This document shows, one piece after another, positions 39,261 through 49,152 of a stretch of 64,000 nucleotides of DNA. Every line of letters begins with the position of its first letter. Position 1 is the first letter of the stretch. The translations under genes and the position numbers were made by a program. Source of the DNA: Gemmatimonadota bacterium (lineage in GTDB: Bacteria > Gemmatimonadota > Gemmatimonadetes > Gemmatimonadales > GWC2-71-9); contig QHUZ01000056.1 in NCBI GenBank assembly GCA_003223395.1, positions 597-64,596 on the forward strand, in the 5' to 3' direction. The notes beneath the pieces were generated by a model, which saw only the letters and a list, made by a program, of their open reading frames with translations, was not told the DNA's origin and searched no databases.

Positions 39261-40736
39261 ATGACCGCTGTCCTCGCGCTCGATCAGGGAACCACCGGCA
39301 GCACCGCGCTCGTCCTCAGCGACGCAGGTCGCGTGCTCGGCCGCGGCTATCGCGAGTTCACCCAGCACTTCCCCTCGCCCGGCGAGGTCGAGCACGACGC
39401 CGAGGAGATCCTGCGCGTCACCATCGAGGCGGCGCGCGAAGCGATCCGCCAGGCGCATGTGACGCCCGACGCCATCGGCATCACGAATCAGCGCGAGACG
39501 GTGTGCGCGTGGGAGCGCGAGACTGGCCGACCGGTGCATCGCGCCATCGTGTGGCAGGATCGGCGTACGTCGGAACGCTGCGCGCAGCTCAAAAAGCAAA
39601 AGAAGGAACCGCTCGTCCGCGCGCGCACCGGGCTCGTGCTCGATCCGTACTTCTCCGCGACCAAGGTCGAGTGGTTGCTCGATCACGTGAAAGGACTCCG
39701 CAAGCGCGCGAAGGACGGCGACGTCGTGTTCGGCACGATCGACACCTGGCTGATCTACCGGCTCACCAACGGCAAGACGTTCGCGACCGATCACACCAAC
39801 GCGTCGCGCACGATGCTGTACGACATCGGCAAGCGCGCGTGGGATCGCGACCTGATGAAACTGTTCGGTGTGCCGCGCGACGCGCTGCCCGACGTGCGGA
39901 ATTCGAGCGGCGACTTCGGCACGGCGGCGGCCGAGCATTTCGGTGCCGAGCTGCCGATCAGCGGCGTCGCGGGTGACCAGCAGGCAGCGCTGTTCGGTCA
40001 GGGCTGCTGGCAGCCCGGCCAGGCGAAGAACACGTACGGAACCGGGGCGTTTCTGTTGCTCAACACCGGAAAGCGCCGCGCCAACTCCAAGCGCGGCTTG
40101 CTGACGACGTTGGCCTGTGGTCCGCGTGGCGAGCCGGTGTACGCGCTCGAGGGCAGCGTCTTCATCGCCGGTGCGGCGATGCAATGGCTGCGCGATGGAC
40201 TGGGCATCATCGCCAAAGCCGCCGAGTCGGAGCCAATGGCGCGGAGCGTCGATGATACCGGTGGCGTGTACTTCGTTCCCGCCTTCGTCGGGCTCGGCGC
40301 GCCGCATTGGGAGCCCAATGCCCGCGGCACGATCGTCGGCCTCACCCGCGGCAGCAGTCGCGCGCATCTCGTCCGCGCGGCGCTCGAAGCGATGGCGTTC
40401 AGCACCAAGGATGTCCTCGACGCCATGACGGCCGACGCAAATCTCAAACTGTCGAGCCTGCTGGTCGACGGCGGTGCGGCCGCCAACGATTGGCTCATGC
40501 AATTTCAGGCCGACGTGCTTGGCGTGACGGTCGCTCGGCCCGATCTCGTCGAGACGACGGCGCTCGGCGCCGCGGGACTCGCCGGCCTCGGTGCCGGCCT
40601 GTGGAAATCGGCCGACGACTTCCTCGCAGGTCGGCTCTTCACGAAGTTCACACCGAGTGCGGCCCGGCGCGGCGTGCAGGCACGCGCCGCCGAGTGGCAT
40701 CGCGCGGTCGAGACGGCGTTGCACTGGGCAGGATGA
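39261..40736 (+). CDS. glpK: glycerol kinase
   Basis: ATG 39261. LALDQGTTGS, FGTIDTWLIYRLT and GDQQAALFGQ motifs. Confidence 0.95.
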   Translation: MTAVLALDQGTTGSTALVLSDAGRVLGRGYREFTQHFPSPGEVEHDAEEILRVTIEAAREAIRQAHVTPDAIGITNQRETVCAWERETGRPVHRAIVWQDRRTSERCAQLKKQKKEPLVRARTGLVLDPYFSATKVEWLLDHVKGLRKRAKDGDVVFGTIDTWLIYRLTNGKTFATDHTNASRTMLYDIGKRAWDRDLMKLFGVPRDALPDVRNSSGDFGTAAAEHFGAELPISGVAGDQQAALFGQGCWQPGQAKNTYGTGAFLLLNTGKRRANSKRGLLTTLACGPRGEPVYALEGSVFIAGAAMQWLRDGLGIIAKAAESEPMARSVDDTGGVYFVPAFVGLGAPHWEPNARGTIVGLTRGSSRAHLVRAALEAMAFSTKDVLDAMTADANLKLSSLLVDGGAAANDWLMQFQADVLGVTVARPDLVETTALGAAGLAGLGAGLWKSADDFLAGRLFTKFTPSAARRGVQARAAEWHRAVETALHWAG

Positions 40737-40808
40737 AGCCCGGACACACAACCGCAGCACGACGATCGGCATCTTACGTGTGGGTGCTAGAACGGGCTTA
40801 ACACGGAG

Positions 40809-40817
40809 TGGTATAAT
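40809..40817 (+). promoter_or_regulatory. extended -10 box TGgTATAAT, 6 nt before ATG 40824
   Basis: Perfect TGnTATAAT in a GC-rich context. No Shine-Dalgarno in between. Confidence 0.45.
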
Positions 40818-40823
40818 TCAGGT

Positions 40824-41228
40824 ATGACGGCTGGCACGAAGTTCGCCCTCGGCGCGGTCCTGATCGTCGGCTCGGTCGGCTATCTGATGGCGTCCGGAAT
40901 CAAGCAAACCGGACAGTATTTCCTCACGCCCAGTGAGCTGGCGCAGCGCGTCTCGGCCGATCCGTCGTTCTATGATCTCGGCCTCAAGGTCGGCGCGCGC
41001 GTCGTTCCCGGCACTGTGTCCAAGGAGACCGCGACGCAGACCCTCCGCTTCAACATCACCGACGGCACGGTCAACTACCCCGTCATCTTCAAGGGCCTGC
41101 CCCCCGACACGTTTACCGACTCGGTCGAGGTCGTCGTCGAAGGACGACTCCAAAAGGACGGCGTCATCCACGCGACCAACGTCCTCGCCAAGTGCGGGTC
41201 GCGCTACGAAGCAGTTCCCAAAGCCTAA
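40824..41228 (+). CDS. ccmE: cytochrome c maturation heme chaperone CcmE
   Basis: 134 aa. N-terminal TM helix, OB-fold body and KCGSRYE heme-binding region variant. Confidence 0.8.
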   Translation: MTAGTKFALGAVLIVGSVGYLMASGIKQTGQYFLTPSELAQRVSADPSFYDLGLKVGARVVPGTVSKETATQTLRFNITDGTVNYPVIFKGLPPDTFTDSVEVVVEGRLQKDGVIHATNVLAKCGSRYEAVPKA

Positions 41229-43268
41229 ATGAGTCTGCTCGGACACCTTTCCCTCTGGCTCGCCTTCCTGGTCGGCCTGTGGGGAGCGATCACCGGATTC
41301 GTCGGCGGCGCGCAGCACCGCCCCGACCTGCAGCAAAGCGCGCGCAACGCGACGTTTGCACTGTTCGGTGCGCTACTCGTCGCGGTGATCTCGCTCGAAA
41401 TCGCAATCTTCCGTCACGACTTCAGTCTCCAATACGTGGCAGGTCGCACGAGCCGCAACTTGCCGACGTTTTATCTGTGGTCCGCGCTGTACTCGGGACA
41501 GGAGGGCAGCCTGCTGTTCTGGGCGGCGGTCCTGAGCTTGTTCGGCGCTTTGACGCAGCTGTTCACGAGTCGGCGCCACCGGGCGTACCTGCCGTACGTC
41601 GCCGCGATCACGTCGCTGGTCGCCACCTTCTTCGTGAGCGTGATGCTCTTCGCCCCCGCCAATCCGTTCCAGCGGGCGGCGTTCACGCCGCTCGACGGCT
41701 CGGGCATGAACCCGCAGCTGCAGAACCCCGGGATGGTGTTCCATCCCCCGATGTTGTACCTCGGCTACATCTCGATCACGATCCCGTTCGCGTTCGCGAT
41801 GGCGGCGCTGCTCACCAAGAAGCTCGATGCGGACTGGCTGGTGGCGGTGCGCAAATGGACGATCGTGTCGTGGCTGTTTCTCAGCATCGGCCTGCTCATC
41901 GGCATGTGGTGGGCGTACGTGGAGCTGGGGTGGGGCGGGTATTGGGCCTGGGATCCGGTCGAAAACGCCGCCCTGTTACCGTGGCTCGTGATGACGGCCT
42001 TTTTGCATTCCGTGATGGTTCAGGAAAAGCGCGGGATGCTGAAGAAATGGAATCTCGCGCTCGTGCTCGGCGCCTGGCTCCTGTCGATCTTCGGGACGTT
42101 CCTCACGCGCTCCGGCGTGATCGCGAGTGTGCACTCGTTTACGCAATCGCCGGTCGGCTACTTCTTCCTCGCGTTCCTGGTCGTCGCCGCGATCGCCTGT
42201 GCCATCGTGTACATCAAACGGCTACCACTGCTCGAGGCTGAGTCAACGCTCGAGTCGGTCGTGAGCCGCGAAGCGAGCTTCCTCTTCAACAATCTGCTGC
42301 TCATCGGCCTCGCGTTTTCGGTGCTATGGGGCACGCTGTACCCGATCATTTCAGAATGGGTACAAGGGGTCAAGGTCACCTACGGCCCGCCGACCTTCAA
42401 CTTCGTGAACATTCCGCTGGGGTTGGTGTTGCTGTTCCTGACCGGAATCGGCCCCCTCATCGCCTGGCGCCGCGCCTCGACCACAAATCTCCGCCGGCAG
42501 TTCGCGGTGCCGGTGACCGTCGGCGTGTTCATGCTCCTGATACTCCTCGTCGCCGGCATGCGGGAGCTGGGCGCGCTGCTCGCCTTCAGCATCGGGGCGT
42601 TCGTGTTCGGGACCGTGTTCCAGGAATTCGCGCGGGGGGCGCGCGCGCGGCACCGGCAATACGGTGAATCCACCGGGTTCGCCGTGCTGCAATTGTTGTC
42701 GCGCAATCGCCGCCGCTACGGCGGCTACATCGTGCATATCGCGATCGTTTTGCTCTTCGTCGGCTTCGCGGGGATGGCGTTCAAGACCGAGACGGAGGCA
42801 ACGCTGCGCCCGGGCGAATCCGCCGAGCTGAGAGGCAGCGATGGCCACCTGTACACGTTTACGCACCTCGGTATCTCGCAATACAACGCGCTCAATCGGC
42901 AGGTGACCGCGGCACTCCTCGATGTGCGCCGCGACGGCAAGGACATCGGTCGGCTGCGCACCGAAAAGCGCCAGCATGTCGATGCCCTCGGCAATCCGAC
43001 GTTTGAGCCATCGACGGAAGTCGGCATCATGAGCGGTCTGCGCGTGGACCTGTACGTCGTGCTTGCGGGTCTCGTGAACGGCACGGAGCAGGCGGTCTTT
43101 CGCTTCACGATCAATCCGCTCGTCTGGTGGGTGTGGTTCGGCGGCTTCGTCCTCGTGATTGGCGGGCTGATCGTGCTGTGGCCGGGCGGCGTCGTCGTGG
43201 CTGTGAAGGGCTCGAAGGCGTCGCCGGCGCAAGCGGGATACGCCGTGAAACTGGAGGCCGAGCGGTGA
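41229..43268 (+). CDS. ccmF: cytochrome c heme lyase subunit CcmF
   Basis: 679-aa polytopic protein. WGGYWAWDPVEN tryptophan-rich motif. Confidence 0.9.
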   Translation: MSLLGHLSLWLAFLVGLWGAITGFVGGAQHRPDLQQSARNATFALFGALLVAVISLEIAIFRHDFSLQYVAGRTSRNLPTFYLWSALYSGQEGSLLFWAAVLSLFGALTQLFTSRRHRAYLPYVAAITSLVATFFVSVMLFAPANPFQRAAFTPLDGSGMNPQLQNPGMVFHPPMLYLGYISITIPFAFAMAALLTKKLDADWLVAVRKWTIVSWLFLSIGLLIGMWWAYVELGWGGYWAWDPVENAALLPWLVMTAFLHSVMVQEKRGMLKKWNLALVLGAWLLSIFGTFLTRSGVIASVHSFTQSPVGYFFLAFLVVAAIACAIVYIKRLPLLEAESTLESVVSREASFLFNNLLLIGLAFSVLWGTLYPIISEWVQGVKVTYGPPTFNFVNIPLGLVLLFLTGIGPLIAWRRASTTNLRRQFAVPVTVGVFMLLILLVAGMRELGALLAFSIGAFVFGTVFQEFARGARARHRQYGESTGFAVLQLLSRNRRRYGGYIVHIAIVLLFVGFAGMAFKTETEATLRPGESAELRGSDGHLYTFTHLGISQYNALNRQVTAALLDVRRDGKDIGRLRTEKRQHVDALGNPTFEPSTEVGIMSGLRVDLYVVLAGLVNGTEQAVFRFTINPLVWWVWFGGFVLVIGGLIVLWPGGVVVAVKGSKASPAQAGYAVKLEAER

Positions 43269-43822
43269 GCGAACAGCTGAGTCGCCGGCGGTTCTTCGCG
43301 CTCGCCGCGGCGGCCGCCGGCGCCGTCATTCAGGACACGGTGCAGGCGGGGCGCGTCTACGATCCGCAGCGGGCCGGCCGCGCGCAGGCGCCCATCACGT
43401 CCGCCGATAACGACGCGCGCATTCAGGCGATCGAAAAAAAGCTCCGCTGTAGTTGTGGCTGCGGCCTCGACATCTACACTTGTCGCACGACCGACTTCCA
43501 GTGCACCTACAGTCCCGCGCTCCACCAGGACGTCCTCCGGCTGGCGGGGCAGGGGAAGACGGCACAGCAAATCCTCGACGAATTCGTGAAGCAATACGGC
43601 CAGGTGGCATTGATGTCGCCTCCCAGGGAGGGCTTCAACCTCGCCGGCTACTTCCTCCCCGGCGTCGCGATCGTTGTCGCGGCCTTCTTCCTGCTGCGGA
43701 CGCTGCGACGCTGGACCCGCGAAGCCGAGGGCGCCGCTCCGGCACCCGCCACGCTGCCGCCGAATGCCACGCCCGAAGAGCTCGAGCGCCTGCGCCGCGA
43801 GCTCGACCGGCTCCCCGGCTAG
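43265..43822 (+). CDS. ccmH: CcmH-like cytochrome c biogenesis protein with Tat-like leader
   Basis: GTG 43265 (GTGA overlap). SRRRFFALAAAAAG leader, LRCSCGC motif and a C-terminal TM helix. Confidence 0.65.
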   Translation: MSEQLSRRRFFALAAAAAGAVIQDTVQAGRVYDPQRAGRAQAPITSADNDARIQAIEKKLRCSCGCGLDIYTCRTTDFQCTYSPALHQDVLRLAGQGKTAQQILDEFVKQYGQVALMSPPREGFNLAGYFLPGVAIVVAAFFLLRTLRRWTREAEGAAPAPATLPPNATPEELERLRRELDRLPG

Positions 43823-43834
43823 CCGGGTCTCTCC

Positions 43835-44147
43835 ATGCTCGAGCTGATTCTCGGGGTCCTGCTGGCCGCGGGAGCGACCTACTTCGTCCTGCTCCCAATC
43901 CTCCGGCCACCCGTCGAATCGGCAAATGGTGCCGAGCCCGGCGATGAGGGCGAAGACCCCGCGGACGACATGAGCGCGCAGACGGTCGCGTTCCGAGCAC
44001 GGTCCCCGCCCAGAGAAAGACGCCCAGTTCTGCTCGGATTGCGGCAGGCGCCTAGGAGCGGCTTCCGGTTACTGCGCGCGCTGTGGCACGGCGCTCGAAG
44101 ATGATGCTCGCTACTGCAATCGCTGTGGAGCCCGCGTCGCCGCCTGA
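43835..44147 (+). pseudogene. small TM protein with C-terminal double zinc ribbon, split across two frames
   Basis: MLELILGVLLAAGATYFVLLPIL... is in the frame of ATG 43835. FCSDCGRRLGAASGYCARCGTALEDDARYCNRCGARVAA (stop 44145-44147) is in another frame that has no start codon of its own. Confidence 0.4.
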
Positions 44148-44207
44148 CTCTTGCGTTTTCGAGTCCCGTTTCCTATCAGTCTGCATCCCCGAACTCTGGA
44201 GCGCGTC

Positions 44208-44696
44208 GTGAACCGATGGGTCTCGCGATTGTTGATCGTACTGCTGCTCGTGGCGGTGACAGCGTCGACGGCGGATGCGCAGCGGCGGCGCCGGCGCGCG
44301 ATCGCGACGAATTCCGGTCCAACGTACGGCGCACATGTCGGCTACAACTTCGACGGCGACGATCTGCTCCTCGGCGCCCAGCTCTCCTGGCCACTCACGC
44401 CCGATCTCGCGCTCTATCCCACGTTCGACTACTACTTCGTGAGCGGCGGCTCGCTGTGGGCGCTGAACTTCGACCTGAAGTACCGGCCGCCCACCCGCTA
44501 CGGCGCCTGGTACGTCGGCGGCGGACTGAACTGGTCGCACGCGAGCTCCGGTGGCGTCAGCGGAAGCGACACCAATCTGAATCTGCTCACCGGACTCGAG
44601 GGACGCCGCGGCCGGACGCGGCCCTACATCGAGGGCAAATTCATCCTCGGCAACGGCAGCTCGTTCCAGATTGTCGGCGGAGTCAACTGGCGCTAG
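44208..44696 (+). CDS. small outer-membrane beta-barrel protein
   Basis: GTG 44208 gives the signal peptide NRWVSRLLIVLLLVAVTASTADA. Alternating beta-strand pattern and a C-terminal aromatic residue (VNWR). Confidence 0.6.
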   Translation: MNRWVSRLLIVLLLVAVTASTADAQRRRRRAIATNSGPTYGAHVGYNFDGDDLLLGAQLSWPLTPDLALYPTFDYYFVSGGSLWALNFDLKYRPPTRYGAWYVGGGLNWSHASSGGVSGSDTNLNLLTGLEGRRGRTRPYIEGKFILGNGSSFQIVGGVNWR

Positions 44697-44697
44697 G

Positions 44698-46389
44698 CTA
44701 GAACTCGAACGTCTCCATCTTGCGCAGCGCCATCCTGAGCGGAAGAATCGTGGCCGCCGTGCACACCGCGGCGGCCACCACAAACAAGACCAGCATTTCC
44801 GGCGTCACCCCCACCGCGTGGCCTTCCCAGGCGGACCGTACGTACGTGTAAACCGCACGCGAGAGGAGCATCAACACGCCGGCGAGCAGCGCGATGGTCG
44901 CCATCATGAACACGAGGCCGCCGAAGGACGTGGGAATCTGCGCGGCGTTCTCCGTCTCGAACTGCGGATAGAGCGTGCCGAACGTCAGCGCCATCGCGGA
45001 GATCGCGAGCGTCAGCCCGGCCATGGTCGCGAGACTCAGAATCATCATGAACGGCGTCACCTCGAGCAGCGCGTTGGTCAGCCCCGTGAGGATCATGCCG
45101 AGGATGAGGAGCGGCAGCGTTCCCACCCAGTATTTGGACCAAAGCAGCGCGCGCAGGTCGAGCGGCGAAGAGCGCAGCAGCCACATCTGCCTACCCTCGA
45201 GCGAGACTGCGGGGAAGATGAAGCGCGCCGCGATCGAGGCGAGCACGAAGCCCGCGAGGCCGAGGTTCAGGAACGACACGAGATTGACGTAGAAGAAGCC
45301 GACCGGCTCGCCGCGATGCAGCGGCAACGCCTGAATGTTGAACAGATACACGACGATGAGGACCGCGAGCAGGATCAATTGGCTCCACTGCGTCGTGTCG
45401 CGGAAGAAGAGCTTGATGTCTTTGAGCACGAACTCTCGCTTCGCGACTGGGAGCCAGCGCAGCAGCGACCCCACCGTCCAGCGCCACAGGCCACCACGAA
45501 TGAAGCGCTCCGCGCCCTCCTGGGCCTTGGTGAACCCCTGCGCATACAGCGCGCGGTGCAGCACCGCACCGAGCGTGACGAATGCGGCAGCGGTGGTCCA
45601 GAGCAGGAGGAGCGGGAGCGGATCCAGCTCGTGCCGCAGATATCCCATGATCGCCTGCGACGCCCACTCACTGGGCAGAAACGGCGACGTGGGCCCGCGG
45701 AGCAGAATGACGAAGTCCAACAGGTTGCGGAATCCTTCGGGCCGGGCCAGCTGCTCGGGCCGGATCATGCGGAACAGCAAGATCACGCCGCCGGCGGCGC
45801 CGAGCGCGATGATGGACAGCAGATCGCGCGTGCGGCGCGCAGGAAAGATGTTGACGAGCACCAGGGTCACGGCGCAGCCCAAGACCGCCGGCAAAATCAG
45901 CATCGGGACGATCGCGAGCAGGGCGTAGAGCGCGAAGAACACGCCTCCCTTGAACACGACACCATAGGCGGCGAGGATCGGCACCGCCATCAACGCCACC
46001 ATCCACGACGAGTGCAGCAGCGTCTCGCCCAGCTTGGCGAGATACAGGCGCAGCCAGTCAACCGGCGCCGAGACGAGGAGGTCGAGATCCTTCGCGAGGA
46101 AGAAGCTCGACAATGCCGTGATCACGTTCGAGAGCACGAGGATCGAGATGAACGACAGCAGGATGAGCCCGAGGATTTTTCCGGGGATCAGGGGCCCGAG
46201 CTCCTCGACCGCGCGGAGGGTCTTCAGGATCCGGTACAGCACTCCAAACACCCCCGCCCAGAACGCTCCGCCGACCAGCGCCAGGATGACGAGCTTGCCG
46301 GTGCCCCCGCTCGCACGCTCCTCGCGGAACCGCTGCAGCGCGGTTCGCCACTTGGGCTGCAGGACATGTGCGAGCGACGGTTGCTTCAT
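44698..46389 (-). CDS. ABC exporter permease (putative-ABC-exporter type)
   Basis: ATG 46389 (MKQPSLAHVLQPKWRTALQRF) forms an ATGA overlap with the ATPase gene. About 12 TM helices. Confidence 0.7.
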   Translation of the reverse strand: MKQPSLAHVLQPKWRTALQRFREERASGGTGKLVILALVGGAFWAGVFGVLYRILKTLRAVEELGPLIPGKILGLILLSFISILVLSNVITALSSFFLAKDLDLLVSAPVDWLRLYLAKLGETLLHSSWMVALMAVPILAAYGVVFKGGVFFALYALLAIVPMLILPAVLGCAVTLVLVNIFPARRTRDLLSIIALGAAGGVILLFRMIRPEQLARPEGFRNLLDFVILLRGPTSPFLPSEWASQAIMGYLRHELDPLPLLLLWTTAAAFVTLGAVLHRALYAQGFTKAQEGAERFIRGGLWRWTVGSLLRWLPVAKREFVLKDIKLFFRDTTQWSQLILLAVLIVVYLFNIQALPLHRGEPVGFFYVNLVSFLNLGLAGFVLASIAARFIFPAVSLEGRQMWLLRSSPLDLRALLWSKYWVGTLPLLILGMILTGLTNALLEVTPFMMILSLATMAGLTLAISAMALTFGTLYPQFETENAAQIPTSFGGLVFMMATIALLAGVLMLLSRAVYTYVRSAWEGHAVGVTPEMLVLFVVAAAVCTAATILPLRMALRKMETFEF

Positions 46390-47144
46390 CGTCCCAACAC
46401 CTCGGCCAGCTCCCGGACCTGTGCGCCGCCCGTGAGCTTCAGGAACAGCTCCTCGAGACTCGCGTCGCCGGCTTGATGCTGGCGCCGCACATCGCTGACC
46501 GTGCCGGCGGCGACGATTTTCCCGTGCTGGATGATCGCGATCTGATCGCACATCGCTTCGGCGACCTCGAGCGTGTGCGTGCTCATCAACACCGTGCCGC
46601 CGCGCTCGACGAATTGCCGGAAGATGTCCTTCAGCAGGCGGGCGGCTTTGGGATCGAGCCCGACCATGGGCTCGTCCACGACGATGCACTCGGGGCGGTG
46701 AATCAGCGCGCTCGAAATGATGAGTTTCTGGCGCATGCCGTGACTGTATGCTTCGACGAGCTCATCCTTCCAGCTCGTCAGCTCGAACACTTCGAGCAGC
46801 TCCGCGATGCGGCGCTCGACGCTGTCGCCTTCCTGCCCGTACAATCCGGCGACGAACCGCAAAAACTCCGCGCCGGTGAGTTTGTCGTACACGAAGGGGC
46901 GGTCCGGGATGAACCCGAGCCGCATCTTGGCGGCCAGCGGATTGACGTGCACGTCGTCGCCGCCGAGCAGCACTCGGCCCTGGGTGGGCCGCAGGATCCC
47001 GGCGATCATGCGCAATGTGGTCGTCTTGCCTGCGCCGTTTGGTCCCAGGCAGCCGAACAGAACGCCACGTGGCACATGCAGGCTGATGTCGTCGACGGCG
47101 ACGAAGCTGCCGTAGAGTTTGGTGAGATTCTCCAGGCGGATCAT
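46386..47144 (-). CDS. ABC transporter ATP-binding protein
   Basis: Walker A GPNGAGKTT, Walker B IVVDEP, H-loop STH. Confidence 0.9.
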   Translation of the reverse strand: MIRLENLTKLYGSFVAVDDISLHVPRGVLFGCLGPNGAGKTTTLRMIAGILRPTQGRVLLGGDDVHVNPLAAKMRLGFIPDRPFVYDKLTGAEFLRFVAGLYGQEGDSVERRIAELLEVFELTSWKDELVEAYSHGMRQKLIISSALIHRPECIVVDEPMVGLDPKAARLLKDIFRQFVERGGTVLMSTHTLEVAEAMCDQIAIIQHGKIVAAGTVSDVRRQHQAGDASLEELFLKLTGGAQVRELAEVLGR

Positions 47145-48649
47145 AGTACCTCGAGCTTCAGCCGGCCGATGAGCGGGACGAGCTCGACCTGCCGTGCGAG
47201 CCCCCCGATGGCGATCGGCAGATGTGCGGCGTCGGCCGGGAATTGATCGAATGTCGGGTCCACGGCGATCCAGTCGTTGAGATAGACCTCAGCCCATGCG
47301 TGATAGTAGAAGCGGCCATCCAGATAGATCAGTCCCGCCACCGTGCGCGCCGGTAACCCGGTCGAGCGCGCCAGCGCGACGAACAGCGTGGCCGCCTCAT
47401 TGCAATCACCGCGGCCAGTCTCCAGCACCTTCGCGGCGCTCGGCACGCTGCCGGCTTGTGGGACGGCACGTCGCACCGTGGCGTGAACCCAGTGTGTGAG
47501 CAGCTCCGCCACCCGCGCCGGACTGCGCTCGCGCTCGATGACGCGGCGGGCCTGGGCGGCAATCCGCGGGTCGTGACTTTGAATCAACGGCTCCGGCTGG
47601 AGCCAGCGGGCGAGCGCTGTATCGCCCGAGGGGAGCCGATAGGGTGCGGCGTGCGCTTGGAGCGCACCGGCCTGTACGAGCTCGAGCGTATCTCGGCCGT
47701 TCCGGCGCACGCGCATTCGTGTGCGCTCGGGCGGATCGCCGCGAACCCCCGCAACCAGCGCGGTCAGCGGCACGATCTCACCGAGGCCCGGCGCGGCGCT
47801 GCCGCGTGCCACGCGGGCGGTGTCACGCTTCTTGAAGTTTTCGTAGACGATCTCGAACGCCGCGCGCTCCATCGCGAATCCCTGGTCGTCCGCGCTTTTC
47901 GTGGAGGCAAGCACGATGCGGCCCTGCGCATCGATCCAGCTGCTCGTCGGCACACCATTGGCGTCGTGATCGATGCGGAACGCGCGCACGGTGTCGAAGT
48001 GCTCCGGGACCCACGTCATCGTCGTCGAATCGAGGTCGGCGCTGTCGGACACCACGAGCGTCGATTCGGCGGACACCCGGGCCGTAACGTCCCGGCCCGT
48101 CAGGAGCAGTGGGTCGAAGAGCCGCGCGGTATAGGCGCGGCCCGAGCGCAGCTCGCCGCCGAACGCGAGCCGCAGCGGCAACAAGGTCGGCAGCGTGACC
48201 GGGCCCCGCAGCGGGATTCGGGTCATCTGCGAGTCACCCTCGGAGATGATGGCAATCGACAACACCGTATCGCCGAGCACGCGGCCATGGGCGGCGAATT
48301 GGCCGAGATCGCCGTCGAAGGTCGCTTCCAGAGTCTGCAGTCGCAGGGCCCGTGACAGCATGGCGGTGCTGCGGGCATCGGTGCGATGGAGCTTCCCAAG
48401 CGCCGGCACGTCGAGCACGAAGACGTTTTCGACTCGGATCGCGTCCGGGAGGGTGTCGATCGTGGTCGAGGAGTAGCCGACCTGTTGGCCCCCGACTTCG
48501 AGCCGATAGAACAGCCCACCCGGCGCCACCGCCATCGCCGCCGCAGCCAGCCGCGCGCCGGTGGAGCGGAAGACTTCGCGCTTCACGAGCCACCCGAGCG
48601 ACAGCGCCCACGCACCGAGCACGGCGATCACCCAGGTACGGCGATTCAC
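47141..48649 (-). CDS. transglutaminase-like domain protein, membrane anchored
   Basis: N-terminal TM helix. Cys-protease-like core GRGDCNEAATLFVALARSTGLPAR...YHAWAEVY...DPT. Confidence 0.8.
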   Translation of the reverse strand: MNRRTWVIAVLGAWALSLGWLVKREVFRSTGARLAAAAMAVAPGGLFYRLEVGGQQVGYSSTTIDTLPDAIRVENVFVLDVPALGKLHRTDARSTAMLSRALRLQTLEATFDGDLGQFAAHGRVLGDTVLSIAIISEGDSQMTRIPLRGPVTLPTLLPLRLAFGGELRSGRAYTARLFDPLLLTGRDVTARVSAESTLVVSDSADLDSTTMTWVPEHFDTVRAFRIDHDANGVPTSSWIDAQGRIVLASTKSADDQGFAMERAAFEIVYENFKKRDTARVARGSAAPGLGEIVPLTALVAGVRGDPPERTRMRVRRNGRDTLELVQAGALQAHAAPYRLPSGDTALARWLQPEPLIQSHDPRIAAQARRVIERERSPARVAELLTHWVHATVRRAVPQAGSVPSAAKVLETGRGDCNEAATLFVALARSTGLPARTVAGLIYLDGRFYYHAWAEVYLNDWIAVDPTFDQFPADAAHLPIAIGGLARQVELVPLIGRLKLEVL

Positions 48650-49152
48650 GAGACCGCCCGCTGCAGCGCCGCCTCGAAGACTTGCTGATCCTCGGGGCGC
48701 TCGACGACGAACGACACCTGTTCGGGGAATTGCGCGCTACCGCGATGGGCGTGCAACACCGTCGCCATGATTTCCGCTGAATCCTCGAGCGTCAGATTCC
48801 CGGCGCCCGTGCCGAGCGGCGGCGCGCTGAGGTGCACGAACTCCCATTCCTGCGCCTGATGCAGCGTGGACAGCCAGGCACGCGCGACGTTGCCGCGCGT
48901 CACCGGCTCCGTTTCGCTGCGAATGATGGCGTGGATCACGAATTCCGCGGGGAGATCGCCACCGGCGGCGGTCACGACCGCGCCCCCGACCGCCAGCTCG
49001 CGGTTCAGGCGGATGCGGTTCTGGAATTGTTCACCGCCGGCGATCTCGACGCGCCGCAGCGCGGCGGCCGTGGGATCGAGGCGAGTGGTGGCGGGACGGA
49101 CGAGGGCATCGGCGGCGAACGACGCGAGATCGTCCACGACTACGCGAATCAC
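48646..49152 (-). CDS. macro-domain protein (ADP-ribose binding/hydrolase family)
   Basis: 168 aa. DALVRPA, GGAVVTAAGGDL..FVIHA and SAPPLGTGAGNL blocks. Confidence 0.8.
   Translation of the reverse strand: MIRVVVDDLASFAADALVRPATTRLDPTAAALRRVEIAGGEQFQNRIRLNRELAVGGAVVTAAGGDLPAEFVIHAIIRSETEPVTRGNVARAWLSTLHQAQEWEFVHLSAPPLGTGAGNLTLEDSAEIMATVLHAHRGSAQFPEQVSFVVERPEDQQVFEAALQRAVS

Noticed and set aside
39231-40772. 513-aa ORF antisense to glpK, and the similar 17722-19092 alternative frame over the antiporter gene
   Set aside because: The glpK and membrane-protein frames carry unmistakable family motifs, while the alternatives are Arg/Gly/Ala-rich.
44671-46476. 601-aa ORF antisense to the ABC exporter permease
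   Set aside because: The composition is extremely biased (runs of R, E, H, D, Q) and there is no domain signature. The minus-strand ORF gives a coherent 12-TM permease coupled to its ATPase.
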